From Eledone cirrhosa (lineage: Eukaryota): a stretch of DNA of 64,000 bases. The DNA lies in the NCBI GenBank assembly GCA_964016885.1, contig OZ024742.1, positions 237,956,001 to 238,020,000 on the forward strand, written 5' to 3'. Below are positions 17,864 through 32,375 of this stretch, piece by piece. The notes beneath the pieces were generated by a model. That model was not told the DNA's origin. It searched no databases and saw only the letters and a list, made by a program, of their open reading frames with translations. The position numbers were made by a program, and so were the translations under genes. Every line of letters starts with the position of its first letter. Position 1 is the first letter of the stretch.

Positions 17864-18780
17864 GAGGTTATATTTAATTTGTTGGGATTCAACAAGCTTT
17901 AAAATGTTATAACTGATATAAAGCACTCAACAATTAGTGGAGTAAATATTCAATATATTAATAAATGGAAACTATATTTATAAGTTACTCAACAATAAAA
18001 TCGAGAGATCAATTTATTGTAACAATAGACTCAAAGAGAAGTTTTCGCACTACAAATCGAACCCTTAACCTCTTACTACCAACTGACAAACTGCATATAC
18101 TTAGACTTTATACCCTCTTGTTGTACCTAAACCCTTTAATTACCCACAAAACCAATACATATATCCCCCTCTTCTCCCTCATTCCTCTTCTATTTCTTCG
18201 TTTTCTTCCTTCCTTCCCTCCCCTTTTTGGCTATCTTTTCTTTTCTTCTTTCTCACCCCCTTCTTTGGTTTTATTTTTGTCATTATTATCTTTATCTTTA
18301 TTTTTTTATATTTATCTCTTTATATCCCCCTCCCCTCTCTCTCTCTATCCATCCCTCCCACTACGATCAATTCAATTCTCTTTAACTCACTACATTCCAC
18401 GACACGAAGTCTGCTATCAAAACTGACCAAGGAATCCTTCCACCTCTACCCCTCCTTCCATCTCAGTTTGTCACTCTACTTCCTACCTCTTCCCCCTTCC
18501 TCTCTCTCTCTATACTATTCCGTCTGTCCCCTCACCTCCTGATTCCTCTCTCTCTCTATACTAGTATATACAATTCCAAATAAATGTTTTTCTCTATATA
18601 TTAAGAATTATTTCAAGAGTAACTTACTCACTATTTTGAAAATTTGGACTGTGAACAACAATTATAATTGAGTGGCTGCTATTTGCAGTATAGCAATATA
18701 AGGTTGCACTTACCAATGAAACGGTCGTAAATACCTGGATAAAATCCTTCTCTTAATGCTTACCTGTGTTTTTTCTCTTT
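17860..18780 (+). mobile_element. Possible highly decayed Penelope-like 3' region
   Basis: LLNNKIERSIYCNNRLKEKF-like reading near 17985 resembles the PLE endonuclease C-terminus at ~56830-56880; lies between (TA)n tracts. Confidence 0.3.
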
Positions 18781-18835
18781 TATATATATATATATATATT
18801 GTATATATATATATATGTACGTATGCACACGTACA

Positions 18836-18900
18836 TACTATCTGTGCATTGTTTTATCACACACAGACGCATATATATATATATACACACGCATATATAT

Positions 18901-18961
<61 letters not shown>

Positions 18962-19327
18962 CACATATATACATATGTACATAAGGGTTATATCGAACAT
19001 TAATAATAACGTTCGATTCGTTTGTAAACAAACGGTCCGATAAGAAGCTGTGCCGTGCCGGTGACCGATCGTCACCTGTTTGTTCAACACTGGCTTTGAG
19101 GAACAATCAACATGTTTCTGGGTCATTACCCTTCATCAGGACCGAATACCTCTGCCAGTCTCTTGAGCAGTTGAAAATATATAGTATTTTCTTAAGTACA
19201 CATCGGCTGAGTAGCCTCATTTGCATACCGAGCGAGTTACCGCTGGCCCCTTGCCGAGTATTAAAAATAAAATTAGAATTTTATTTCTCGCCCTAGCACA
19301 GCTGATACATATATGTAAGTATGCAGA

Positions 19328-19399
<72 letters not shown>

Positions 19400-19462
19400 T
19401 ATATATACATACATACACATATATACATATATGTAAGTATGCAGACTTACACACACACACAA

Positions 19463-19547
<85 letters not shown>

Positions 19548-19746
19548 CACACACATATATATACATATACGTATGTACATACATACACATATATCTACAT
19601 ATACATATGTACGTATGGGTTATACCGAACATTAGTAATAATGTTCGGTTCGTTTGTTAAAAGAACGGCCCGATTTGAAGCTGTGCCGTGGCGGTAACCG
19701 ATCGGCACCTGCTTGTTAAACACTGGCTTTGAAGAACAATCAACAT
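18836..19746 (-). mobile_element. Partial tandem HHR-bearing element (family C variant), period roughly 630 bp with an internal microsatellite
   Basis: 18977-19113 repeats at 19609-19746; similar to 47087-47210 and 59596-59722. Confidence 0.7.
19104..19144 (-). ncRNA. Type I hammerhead ribozyme (minimal)
   Basis: CGGUC CUGAUGA aGGGU aaug ACCCa GAAAC au GUU GAUUG; palindromic stem III (AACAUGUU). Confidence 0.7.
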
Positions 19747-19771
19747 CTATCTATTTATCTATATATATGTG

Positions 19772-19824
<53 letters not shown>

Positions 19825-19828
19825 GTTT

Positions 19829-20049
19829 TGTATCGAATAATAATTGTTTCTACTTTTGGCACAAAGCCACCAATTATCCCAGTGTATTACTGCTACTTTA
19901 TTTTATCGACCCCGTAAGGATGAAAGGCAAAGTTAACCTTGTATCGAATAATAATTGGTTCTACTTTTGGCACAAGGCCAGCAATTATCCCAGTGTATTA
20001 CTGGTACTTTATTTTATCGACCCCGTAAGGATGAAAGGCAAAGTTAACC
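19829..20049 (-). mobile_element. Tandem pair of identically 5'-truncated SINE A copies
   Basis: TTGTATCGAATAATAATTG...GGCAAAGTTAACC occurs twice with a 110-bp period. Confidence 0.85.
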
Positions 20050-20299
20050 GACGCGTTTGCAAGCAAACAGCCTCATTACGCTATGTTTTTTAGATGACCG
20101 CCGTCATCCGATTGTTCTAGCGGTGGTATAGAGAAACAGTCAACAACCTGGCTTCTGGGTTATTGCTCTTTATCATGACTGTGTGCCGCTTTCTGCCACT
20201 GTCTAGAACTGTTAAAAAAATATATTTTCTGAAGTATACATCGGCTGATTAGACTTACTTGCATACTGAGCGATTTTACGACTGAATCTAGCTGAAAAT

Positions 20300-22230
20300 A
20301 TCGTTACGGGTACACGTGTCTGTAGAATTGTCAATCACTTCCACTCTAATGCAAGATGGACTGTACCTATAATTGAGAGGGTACATCTTTTCACATACAA
20401 TATCACAGAGAAACCCTATGAGAATTACGTTAAGAATACCCAAATCTAGGAAATGCTCAGCCACTTAAACGTTAATTTTATGAGCAGGCTATAACAACTA
20501 GAACACTCGTCGTCGAAACCGACGGAGGTCCATTCCACTTCTCTCATACAAAACCTAACTAACACCCTGAACATTATACTACACTTTAATAGCTTTTATT
20601 TTGCAAGTTAAAAAAAATAACATAATTGATTTCTATAGGAAGATATATTATTCCTTCGCAAACATACAAAGCTACCCCCCCCCCCCCACACACACACACG
20701 CACACACACACGCACACACACACACACACACATTTATTTCCGCATACTTATTTTCCATGGCTGCCACCTACGAGCTTAGAAAGGTTCTTTTTTTTCTCTC
20801 TCTCTTTCCGTAACCTTCAAACCATAGTAGTGAATTGGTAGTCATTAAAACGTCGGATAAAAATGCATTGCGCTGTTCGTTCTGGAACTCTGAGTTCAAA
20901 TTACAATCACACCGGTGTCAACTTTGCCTTTCATTATTTCGAGGTTGATAAAATACCAGTCCAGTCCACCCCCCCCCTCTCTTTCTGAGGCACTCTGTTT
21001 CTCTTTCTCACTCTCCGCGCTCCCTCTCACTCTCCTCTTTTTCTCGCTCTCTATCTCGCTTTCTCTAACTCCTCTTACTCTTTCGCACTTTCCTCACTCT
21101 TTGACTCACCCCCATCTCTCTCTCTCTTACACTCGCCTCTCTCTCACACACTCTCCTCACACCATCACTCTCCTCTCGCGCTCTCCTCTCTCCCTCACTC
21201 TCCTCTCTCAATCCGTTGAAGAAATCGTTTCTGCTCAGACCTGGAAATGTTTCCGCTAGGTTTAAATACCCAAAACACTATATTAATTGGTTCAGTGACA
21301 CTACAACAACAGAAGTTAAAAGCCCACCGATCGCAGGGCAAACTTGAGTCTGTTTTAAATGGCTGCTACTACAATGGAATCGATGTTTCTTCCATAATAT
21401 GTCAATTTGTGTGAAGGAGCGTAATTTAGTGGTGAATGGTGTTCGACTCAAGATGGTAAAGGTAGGATATCAGTGGTGCGTCTGGATCTTTGGAATCACC
21501 CTTTATTTTACGTTGTTCCAATCCATTCAGCTGGAAAAAATATATATGTAACTGTATTTCAAAAATACAGCCCTATCACACATTCAGTCCTGCTGTATCT
21601 CCCCGAGAAATAAGTTAAAAGCACAAATCATTCTAGCCTAATCGGCTGGCAAAAAAAGTTGCAATTGTATTTCAAGAGCTCAACCTTGTCATACTGTTGC
21701 ATGCTGAATCTCTACGGACGGGAATTACATTTAAAATAAACGTTAAATTCAGAAATGACTGGGACACGTCGTCGGAACTGACGGAGGTCCAACAACAATA
21801 ATTCAATTTATGATTTATTCACACATGTTTCATTATAAATATATATTGTTATATTTTCACAATAAATCGATTGATTATAATTACATTTATTATGTAAGTT
21901 TCCATTTATATTATCAATGACACGATGTTAACTAAATCTTAATTCAATAAACAGAAAATCAAATAAATTATATGATAATTGTACTTGATTGATCTACTAC
22001 TTCGCTCTTTCAAATTATATATTGATTCTTCCGAATTTCACAAGATTTAACAAAGTCCTTTTTCATATAGGGAGGTGTGTGTTTGTGCGTGCGCGTGTGT
22101 TGACCTTATGTCACTTCCGACGACGAGTGCTCAAGTTGTTAGATCAACGAAATAGCAGTCTCCTCTGTGAAATTAACGTGTAGTTGACTGAACATTCCAG
22201 TGTGTCACAAGGCTGGACTTTTGAATCATA
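20300..22230. mobile_element. Decayed copies of a second SINE family (approx. 20300-20530 +, 21420-21790 +, 22130-22230 -) and a SINE A at 20825-20960
   Basis: Shared block CAGCCTTGTCACA..TGTGTCAC.CTGAATCTC..GAGAA.TACGTTAAG...TGCTCAGCCACTT..ACGTTAATTT...GTCGTCG.AAC.GACGGAGGTCC, also at 30450-30570 and 31340-31560. Confidence 0.65.
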
Positions 22231-22444
22231 TCGTAGCTTGAAATACTCACAGTGAGACTTATATGCATTATGTTTATTATACATTAACATAACGTGTATA
22301 GATCTATATACACCTATATCTAAATCACATTGTTAGGGCGAAGCTAACTCACTCACCGCCTAATCTCTCTGAAACCATCTCTTTAAGGTTACATTGAGTT
22401 CTAACAACGTTATCGGCCCCATAAACATGTAATAAACGATATAT

Positions 22445-23000
22445 ATATATTAAAATTAAGAGAGAAAAAACTCTAATTATGGGAGTACAAACAAGATAGT
22501 CAAAAAGTATTCTATCTGACCTCGCTTATATATAGATATACTACCATGGTTTCGTATGGGGAAGAATTCTTTTTGGAACCGCTAATAATTGAAGAATCCG
22601 CATACTCTTCAACTGAGTTTAATTCTTCAAAAGCTAAGAGAAATTGAACATGATATAATACATACTGTATCCTTTTAGAAAGTAGAATGGTGGAATAAAA
22701 ACACGTGTAGTGTTTTGTTATCAAAGTCCCGTAGCATATTAGGACTGCTTGACAGGCATATCATTTCGTTAGAAATAGCAGTGAAAAGACCGTCTAATGC
22801 AGCTCGACAAATTAATGAGCGGTTTGATATTAATTAAAAATTAATTAGTCTGAAGAGTATACGGATTTTTCAATTATTGGTGATTACAATAGGAATTCTT
22901 CCCCAAACGAAACTATGGTAGGAAGATCAATATATAAGCGAGGTTAGATATCTACGTTTTTGTTCTTCTTTTGCGAGAGCTTTTCTCAATTAATTTTATT
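22445..23000. mobile_element. Inverted pair of PLE-like terminal repeats (family E), each with a degenerate long-stem-II HHR
   Basis: 22510-22615 is the diverged reverse complement of 22846-22950; consensus CUGAAGA GUAUG...CAUAC GAAACCAUGGUA. Confidence 0.55.
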
Positions 23001-23094
23001 ATATAGTATTGCTTCTCTGAGATATTCCTCTCATTGAGATGTTGAAGTATTAGAGACTAATAAACCTTTAATTATATATATATATATATTTCAT

Positions 23095-23400
23095 TTCTGA
23101 ATTTGTTTAGCAACATTCTTTATCTGAAAACGTGTGTTGAAACCGATATTGTTATGCTTTGGGAGGGTCACGTTGCCAATAAGAAACACACGCACCAGTT
23201 GTTTCACTCCAATTTATTATAAATTAAATTTATAAATTTAAGAATTTATAAATTTCCGGTTGGTTGGTTGGTTCCATAACCGGGCGGTTGTTCATGTATT
23301 GTCAAAGTTCTTTCGTCACACCTCTTCAGTGTCTGGGGATTCTTTTTTTTGTTTTGTGCCTCTCATTTGTTCTATCCTACGCCATCTTGTTTTTGTGAGT
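23095..23400 (-). mobile_element. Solo PLE terminal repeat, homologous to 60400-60705
   Basis: Closely similar to the sequence downstream of the GIY-YIG ORF 60846-61301; the HHR at 23301-23333 has a deleted stem II. Confidence 0.8.
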
Positions 23401-23977
23401 GTTCACCCTCACATTTCCGACTATCATAACTGTAAGTGTGTTTGTTTAAATGTATGTGTGAATCTGTGTTTGTATAAATGTATATGTGTGGAAGTATGTG
23501 TATTTATCTTAGTGTATGTCCGTGAGCGTGTATTTTTATAAGTCTGTGTTTGAGGGATTATAGTTATACACTCATAATAGTTATATACTCATACATATAG
23601 ATGTATGTATGTGCACAATCATACGCGTCAGCGTGTAGAACATCATAATCACTCTATCTCTCTCTATCTCTCTCATCACAAACTGCCTCTTTCTATATAT
23701 ATGGTAGTTGAAGTGGTGGTGGTGGTGGCGACGATATACCGGAAGTGTAAAAATTTGAAACTTTGAAAAGAAGTCAATTTTAAATTATTTATAAATACGA
23801 AATTTAGTTACGAAATTTAGTACATAAAATAAAGTACCAGTAATGTACTGGGTATTTGCTGACCTTGTGTCAAAAGTAGAAACAATTATTTATTCAAAGT
23901 AATCGAACTTATTTTACAAACGGGATAAAAAATCTATCCTGAATGCAGTCCCGCACTCCTTACTTTATTATAGTTTA

Positions 23978-25078
23978 GATAACGGATTAAAGTTTAAGCA
24001 AAGAATCGCTGCTTTCACCCTTAACTGGATCTTCTGAAACTAAAAAAATCAATCCGTGAACGCAGAAGTAAATATTTCGAAAAACGTTGCAGCCGAAGGA
24101 AAACAGGAAGACGATACTTTCATTCGTGAAAACGTTCTCTGGCAATGAACGGAAAATAATACGCCGTTATGTGGTGCGAAGAGAACAATTACACGCAAAA
24201 ACAAAACCACGTGTATTCGGTGTATACGCTCGTATGTGTGCGGGTATATGTGTCGCGTCGGTTTACGTACGTGTGCGCGTGTTTATGTGTACATGCATAT
24301 GCATGCATGGCGTGTGTTTTCGCGTATGCACGTGTATGTACGTATATAGATGTGTGTATGTATATATTTCATTATTATTACTTTTAAAGGCGGTGAATTG
24401 GCAGTATCGGTAGAGGGCTGGACGCCATGCTTTCTAGCATAGATACGTCCCTTTACATTCTGAGTACAAATCCCGCCGAGGTTAACTTTGCCTTTCATCC
24501 TTACGGGGTCGATAAAATAAAGTACTAGTAATGTACTGGGTAATTGCTGGCCTTGTGCCTAAAGTAGAAACAATTATTATTACTTTTATGATTTTAATAA
24601 CTTCTGTCATTTTCGTTCAACTAATTTATTTACATTATTCTTAACTCCGAAGGATAAAAGGCCGAGGTTACCTTTGCCTTTCATCCTTCCGGGGTCGATA
24701 GAATAAAGTACCAGTAATGCACTGAGAAATTGCTGGCCTTGTGCCAAAAGTAGAAACAATTATTCTTAACTCCGAAGCCGATAATCATTCGGTTTCGAAA
24801 ATAGAATACTAGTCTAATGACTCCATTTATACCATAAACGTGGTTTTGTCTTTGCTAGTAATTGTTCTCTTCGCTCCACATAACGACGTATTATTTTCGC
24901 TTTTTTCTGTTCATTGCCAGGGAACATCTTAACGAACCAAAGTATCGTATTCGTGTTTTCCTTCGGCTGCAACGTTTTTCGAAATATTTACTTCTGCGTC
25001 CACAGATTGATTATTTTTAGTTTCAGAAGATTCCGTTAAGGGTGAAAGCAGCGATTCTTTGCTTAAACTTTAATCTGT

Positions 25079-25081
<3 letters not shown>
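23978..25081. mobile_element. Long fold-back element (family G) with ~235-bp inverted arms, carrying two SINE A insertions (24388-24578, 24661-24762)
   Basis: Arms begin ATTAAAGTTTAAGCAAAGAATCGCTGCTTTCACCCTTAAC and end with its reverse complement. The truncated SINE is flanked by the duplication ATTATTCTTAACTCCGAAG. Confidence 0.85.
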
Positions 25082-25110
<29 letters not shown>

Positions 25111-25280
25111 ATACATTAACAGAGAAAGCTTTAAGCAATACTCCGACCGGCTTCCGTCTCACTCAACAAACATTAGGATATACCTTAGTATAATCCCAAT
25201 TATACATTTGGGGTGCTAACTATACGTATTTTGCGGATAGCCAGTTGTATTATTCTATATGAGACATAATTAAAATACAT

Positions 25281-25376
<96 letters not shown>

Positions 25377-25377
<1 letters not shown>

Positions 25378-26243
25378 TTATTAAAATAAAAGATTAAAGT
25401 TTAAGCAAAGAATCGCTGCTTTATAAATAAATAATTATATAAACGTATATAAATGTATATACGTTTATATAATTATTTATTTATATGTATACACGCATAC
25501 ACACACATATATGTATATATATAAATGTATATACGTTTATATAATTATTTATTTATATGTATACACGCATACACACACACATATTTATATGTGCGTGGTT
25601 TTGTATACCTATGGTAAGTTTTTTGCGTATGCTTGTGTATGTACGTATTTGTTTGCGTGTATGTATTTATTTATTTCTATTAATTCTGTATTGTATTTAT
25701 TTACTTTGTTCTTAACTCGGTAGCGGAGATTCATTCGGTCTCCTAGTTAGAATTTTAGTCTACGACTTCTGCTATACCATTTACGTGGTTTTGTCTTTGC
25801 GTGCTATTCTCCACGGTCCATATATGACGTATTATCTTCGTTTTTCTCGTTCATTGCCAGAGAACGTCTCTATGAACCACCTAAGAGAACATTAGTCTAC
25901 GACCTCTTTTATACCATAAACGTGGTTCTGTCTTTGGGCGTAATTGTTTTTCACCGCTCCTATTAATGACATATTATATTCGTTTTTTCCCGTTCTTTGC
26001 CAGCGAACGTTTCCACGAACCAAAGTATCGTCTTCCTGTCTTCCTCCGGTTGCAACGTTTTTGAAATATCCAGTTCTGCGTTTACAGATTGACTTTGTTA
26101 GTTTCAGAAGATCCCGTTAAGGGTGAAAGCAGCGATTCTTTGCTTAAACTTTAATCTGTTATTTTAATAAATATTTGCTCTACGGTTCTTATATATTTGA
26201 TATATATTTATCCTTATCGAGCCCTCTTTGGATTTTAGTCTTC
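25377..26243 (+). mobile_element. Family G fold-back element with a short (~45 bp) left arm, two internal ~135-bp tandem units and a ~70-bp tail
   Basis: Same terminal sequence as 23978; tail TTGCTCTACGGTTCTTATATATTTG...GAGCCCTCTTTGGATTTTAGTCTTC; flanked by (TA)n. Confidence 0.85.
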
Positions 26244-26257
26244 AAATTTATTATTAT

Positions 26258-26297
<40 letters not shown>

Positions 26298-26298
26298 C

Positions 26299-26492
26299 AA
26301 AGAAAGTGTGGTAAGGAACCAGGTGGACCATAACGCACCAGAGTACTCGATATTTAGGGTAGTAGAGTGGCTTATAGGAAAAGAGTCAAGACCCCGACAG
26401 CTGAGCTCCGGCCGTTTCGACACCTAGATCCGAAGTAGATCTAGCTGTTGAAACGGCCGGAGCTCAGCCGTCGAGGGTCTTGACTCTTTTCC

Positions 26493-26495
<3 letters not shown>
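26299..26495 (-). mobile_element. Family B fold-back element, opposite orientation to 8609-8825
   Basis: Hairpin 26378-26493 plus tail GTGTGGTAAGGAACCAG...GGGTAGTAGAGTGG, the reverse complement of the 8750-8816 tail. Confidence 0.8.
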
Positions 26496-26523
<28 letters not shown>

Positions 26524-26548
26524 GTATATATATATGTATATATATATG

Positions 26549-26631
<83 letters not shown>

Positions 26632-26920
26632 TGTGTGTGTGTTTGTCTATTTATGCATTCATGTATCTGTTTTTATGAACATGTGCATAATACTAATGCA
26701 ATACATCTGTGACGTTATATTCAGAGAGAGACAATTAGTTACACATAAATAGATGGAAGAGAAACATGCTTGTGTGCTTCTGGAAAATACTATCGAAAGG
26801 CTTTACGTTATCAATAGGAAACCAAACATAAATTTGAGATAATATTATAGTAGATCGCAATAATGGACTCTAGCCTTCAAAACAGACATTTATCTCATTC
26901 TAGCTATGACGCACTAAGCA

Positions 26921-26984
<64 letters not shown>

Positions 26985-27194
26985 TCGATATACACACATA
27001 TATATATATGTATATATACATATATACATATATATTCATACATATACATACATATGCGCATACATGCACACACACACCCCTATATATATATCTATATATG
27101 ATGTATGATATAATATATGTCTCAATCTCTATATACCTGTGGATCTGTGTAAACACATAGTAATGCGTGCGTGCATCGTTAAATACATCAACCG

Positions 27195-27269
<75 letters not shown>

Positions 27270-27409
27270 GTGCGTGCGTGTGTGTGCGTGTGTGTGCGTG
27301 TGTGTGCGTGTGTGTGCGTGTGTGTGCGTGTGTGTGCGTGTGTGTGCGTGTGTGTGCGTGTGTGTGTGTGAACGTGTGTACTTATATTTAAATCAAGCGT
27401 GCCGAGCTA

Positions 27410-28890
27410 CATCAAGGCTCCATTCTTAGCCCTTTCCTGTTTGTCGTGCTGGCAATAATAATAGTTTAAGATTGGCTGCCCGTTAAAGCTTCTGTATGCA
27501 GATGATCTAACCCTTATAGTTGAATCTATGGCAAATCAAGTGAAGAAATGCCAAACCTACAAGCAAGGCCTAGAATCTAAAAATTCTAAAGTCAACTTGC
27601 AAAAACCAAAGTGCTAGTATGTAGAAAGTATAACAGAGAGCAGATTCCCTCAGAGAAATGACCTCCTCGGTGTGCAGGAAAGGAGTAGGTAGACATTCCA
27701 TCCTATGTCCCAAATACAAATTATGGGTCCACAACATATGTATAGGGATTTCAGGTAGGCTAATAAATAACGTACGTTTTATATGTGGTCAATGCACAGG
27801 TGTTAGTAAGTAGCAACAGCCCACAGGATACTAATTCCTTTAAATCCCCAGAGAGCTCGGTAGAAGTAGTTGGATAGTTTCCGTTGCCTGGGAGACCAAA
27901 TTAGCAGTGAAGGTAGCTCTTTTGGAAGTAATGTAACCAAAGTGAGAATGGGATGGAGAAAGTTCAGGTAGCTACTACCACTGCTAACCAGAAAAGCTTT
28001 TTCTCTCAAAATGAAGGGCAGATTGTATGATGCGTGCATACGAACAGTAACATTGCATGACAGTGAGACCTGGGCCTGTTTGAAGTGAACCTGTGAAGAT
28101 TTGAAAGAAATGAAGCTTCTATGCTTCGATGGATGTATAATAGATGTAAGGCAAAGCATATATGAACTGAGAGAGAAAATGGGTGTAAGAGGGATCAAAT
28201 GCAGTGTGCAGGAGACGTGAATGCGTTGGTATGGACATGTGATGTGTATGAAGGATGACAGATGTAGAAACAGGTACAGGCGGCTCAAAGTTAATGGAAG
28301 CTATGGCGTAGGAAGACCTAGGAAGAATTGGGATGAAGTGATAAAAGTTGACCTTGCACAATTGCACCTTTCGAAGGTGATGACACAGGATCAAGATCTC
28401 TGGTGTTATGTAATAATACAATAGACCCACCTTCCCATGTGTACGGGTTGAAGCATACATCTTGTATGCATTAACTTCCCTTCCCCCTTCCATACACCTC
28501 TACGTCCAATCACTCCTCCCTTCGTCCACATCAATACCCCTCTTGCACCTCCCACGTCCTAACACGCCACCCACAGCCTAACACGCCACCCACAGCCTAA
28601 CACTTCACCCACGCCGAAAAATCCACTCTTCACATGTCCATAGATCTACCTCCCAAATCCTTCCACCTCATTCCAACCGAGTCCCCAGCCTACACTGTAA
28701 AGTGGTAGTGATGGTGACACGCAAAAAGCGCCCAGCTCACACTGTAAGTGTTTGTTCAAGTGACACGACTATAAACGCGTAGCCCACACGGTAATGTGGT
28801 TGTGTGGGTGTCACGATAAAAAGTACCCAGCACACACTGTAAATGTGGTTGGTGTTAGGAAGGGCATTCTGCTGTAGAAAGCAAGCCAAA
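27410..28890 (+). mobile_element. 5'-truncated decayed RTE-clade LINE with repetitive 3' region
   Basis: HQGSILSPFLF, LLYADDL, KGRLYDACIRTV, MRWYGHVM..GVGRPRKNWDEVI; downstream ~50-bp tandem units CACACTGTAAAGTGGT and GTTAGGAAGGGCAT..GCTGTAGAAA. Confidence 0.85.
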
Positions 28891-29566
28891 ACCAGTTATG
28901 TATGACATTGTCGTTGTTGTTGTTGTTGTTAAAGGTTTATTATTATAATTGCTGTTGCGGAAGTGATAGTTAGTGTTGTTGTCGATATCGTTGTTGCTGT
29001 TGTTGTTGTCACGTTTGTAGCTGTCATCGCAGTGGTTCTATGGCCCACCCCCGAAGCTTTCTTTTGCAACCACTATCTGACGAAATTGGGTACACCTAGA
29101 CTAAATGTCTGGAATTTCGACCACTTTTATACTCTTGTATAGATGAGAAAGGTATCCTTTTGATAATTTACAACCTCGAGTCTACGGACAGTTGAAGATG
29201 CCATAATCGCTAATTGAGACGCATATCACGCCTTGCTCCACAAATTGTGAACACAATAACTGGAAGGGCCTTTTTAGGAACTCATATGCTTACCGAGCAT
29301 GAGAGATGGACATGTTTTTTTTTATCACAGAAACGGATATTTCATCTGAAAATATTGTTCCCATACCAACAACAAATGTATAAATTACATCTGAGATTGC
29401 ATAACGGAACCATTGAAATAATTATAATGCATAAACGATGTATGTAATATCAGCATATTTTTTATGTTTTTCTTATACTGAATCTCCATCGTAACTACAC
29501 ATTACACATGTAGAGACAGAGCTTTCTCCTGCTTACTCCTGTTTTTCACCAAAACAACAATTACTG

Positions 29567-29639
<73 letters not shown>

Positions 29640-29921
29640 ATGTGTGTGTGTGCATTTATATATATATATATAAACATGTGTGCATTTATATATATATATT
29701 GAAAATTATTTAAAGTTACATTACGATTTTTAAATTAATCTGGGAAGATTACTGGTGTTTGTTGTTGTCCTGTTCTGTGTATTCAACAGATTTGCTAAAG
29801 ATAATAAAATGTTTATGAAAATCCGCATGAATAACAAACATTTAAAATAATTGAGTTTTAAAATACCGACCAAGAATTCTTGATTTGACGCATTTTTGTA
29901 TATGTAGTAAAATACATATGG

Positions 29922-30810
29922 TGGATGCATGGCTGTGTGGTTAAGGAGATTGCTTCGTAAATAAGTAGTTTCCGATTCAGTCTCACTGTGTGGTATCTTG
30001 AACATTATCTCTCTCAGTCCCTCGCTCCTTATCTCTCACCCCCTCTCTTTCCCTCTCTATCTCCTTAATCTCCTCCCTCCCTCGCTCTCTATTCATGGTC
30101 GTGGTCATGGGGGGATTATAAATATTCAATGGGTTGTTTGGGGCGGAGCTCATCCCTCTCCAGGTCTTAACAACACCTATTCTTTCCAGATACTTTATTT
30201 TTCAACTCCCAAGAACGAAAGAGAATTTTGACCTTGGCGGAATTTTAGCTCCGACTGCAGAGAGCCGAAACAAAAGCTGGAAAACGTTCTTTCCGACACC
30301 CTAACGACTCTTCTATATTTAACACATATTCTGAATGGTGAATGCAACATAGCCGAATGGTTAAGACATTCACTCTGCAATTATTAGGTCCTACTGAAGT
30401 CGATTCCGCTGCGACGCATTTCGTACGAGTGTCGGGTGAACTGTACCTATAATTCAAAAGACCAGCCTTATCACACTGTGTCACACTGAATATCCCATGT
30501 TAATTCGATGAACAGCCTATTCTGTTGATCGGACAACTGGAACATATGTCGTCGAAACCGACAGATGTCCGATTCTATTCTGAGTGCTTTGTTTCTTTTT
30601 TTTTACAATCTATTATAGGGATTAGGGTAGCGAAGTAGCAGAATCGTGAGAACGTCGGATAGGATACTTTGCGGTATTCGTTCCGGCCATCTCTGCCTTT
30701 CTGAGTTCAAATCCCGCCTGGGTTTACTTTGCTTTTCATCTTTTCGACGTCGATAAAAAAAAGTACAAATTTAGTGCTGGGGTAGATTCTTCTTCTATAT
30801 TTCTTTCTCA

Positions 30811-30857
<47 letters not shown>

Positions 30858-31735
30858 GTTCTCTACTCTCTCTCTCACTTTCTATCCTTTTCTGGGAGAA
30901 ATTTACAGTACTCAGATCTGGAGAGTGATGGACTCCGCTAAGTTTAAAGGGCCCAAGAAACGCCGTATACCACTCCGATGCATCTACGACTCCATCAAGA
31001 GTTACATATCACATATTAGAGATTAGAGATTTTTTTACCCTTTATTTTCATTCGTTCTGTTGCATTAATTAGTTAATCCTTTCTTCCCCCATTTAACGAT
31101 TTTTTTCGTCTGTGTTGTCTTTTAATTGATTTAACACACGTTAACACTTATTTTTCTTTTGTCTTGATATCTGCAAAGCTTGAGTTTTTCTATGACAAAT
31201 CAGCACTAATAGTGTATCTACTAATGTATACTATTTAATTTAGCACTAAGCTACATTGAGAAATAAGCCGTGTGACATATTGTTTGGGATGTTAAACTTA
31301 CAATCGAAAGGCCGTGAGATTCCTGGTGGGAAAATAGTTTATTTTACGTTGCTCCAATCCACTCAGCTGAATAAATGAGTTGTACTTGAAATATAAAGGA
31401 CCAGCCTTGTCACATACTGTGTCACACTAAATCTCTCTGAAAACTATTTTAAGAGTACACGTGTCTTGGAAATGCTCAGCCACTTACACGGTGATTTCAA
31501 GAGCAGTCTGTTTCATTGTTCGAACAACTGAAAAAGTTGTCGGAAATGACGGGTCCCAAAACATGGTACAATAATAATTCATAAATAATAAAAATAACGA
31601 CGCAGGCATAGCTGTGTGGTTAAGGAGTTTACATCGCAACCATGGGATTTCAGATTAAGTCACACGTGGCATCTTGATCCAATGTTTTCTGCTATAGTCT
31701 CTAGTTGACTAATATCCTGTCAGTAAAACTGCAGA
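29922..31735. mobile_element. Mixed SINE cluster: third tRNA-derived SINE head (29922-30005, 31600-31735), second family (30340-30570, 31320-31560), SINE A (30190-30310 -, 30625-30785 +)
   Basis: GCATGGCTGTGTGGTTAAG...TTCAGTCTCACTGTGTGGTATCTTG head (also at 36312-36452) and family-specific blocks. Confidence 0.7.
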
Positions 31736-32104
31736 AATAACTTTTTTCTTTAGATAATTATTTTACTTAACAACTTTCCAAACATTTCCCATAACATTTC
31801 TTGGTTTAATAAATCCCTTGATTGAACAAGTCCACCAACCCACCACATGCGTACTTTATTTATTAGCCCGCCCCTCCTTCCCTCGAAAGATAAAATGCAA
31901 AACGTTGATCTCAGCTGGATGTGAGCTCAGCGAGCCGGAACAAATACCGGGCGATTAATCTGACATGCCATATATAGAGAGATATAGTGTGTGCCATGTA
32001 TATAGATGCAGCGTATATATTGATAGATAAATAAATACATAAATAAATATATATATATAGAGAGAGAGGGGGGGGGGGAGAGAGCGGGGGAGAGAGAAAC
32101 AGAT

Positions 32105-32375
32105 AGGTTGTTGCGTGATTCAAGTAGCGGCTTTTGAACCGGCTCTCAGACATTCAGACTTCAGTTTGGTGGTTCTGGTTAGTGGAAGTCACATCTGCTT
32201 GATATATCACCGCTGGAGTGTTGCACTGTTGATCTAGTGAGCAAATCTCTGGCATTCTGCATGAGTATCCGTAAGATGGAAGGCTTTTGCGTTTACCGGT
32301 GATGTGTAACTGGTACAAGAGTATCCTATTTTCACTGTATGGCGATTGAATATCTCTCAAAATTACCGTACCTTG
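32105..32375 (-). pseudogene. Penelope-like GIY-YIG endonuclease fragment
   Basis: SCRMPEICSLDQQCNTPAVIYQADVTSTN..*MSESRFKSRYLNH parallels CNCRNRSICPLIGNCLINNVIYKCTVST..IGSTSNKFKKRYYAH at 57006-57275. Confidence 0.7.

Noticed and set aside
24765-24810. Hairpin CGAAGCCGA..TCGGTTTCG-AAA in family G as a ribozyme
   Set aside because: No CUGANGA box, and the motif is not preserved in the other copies.
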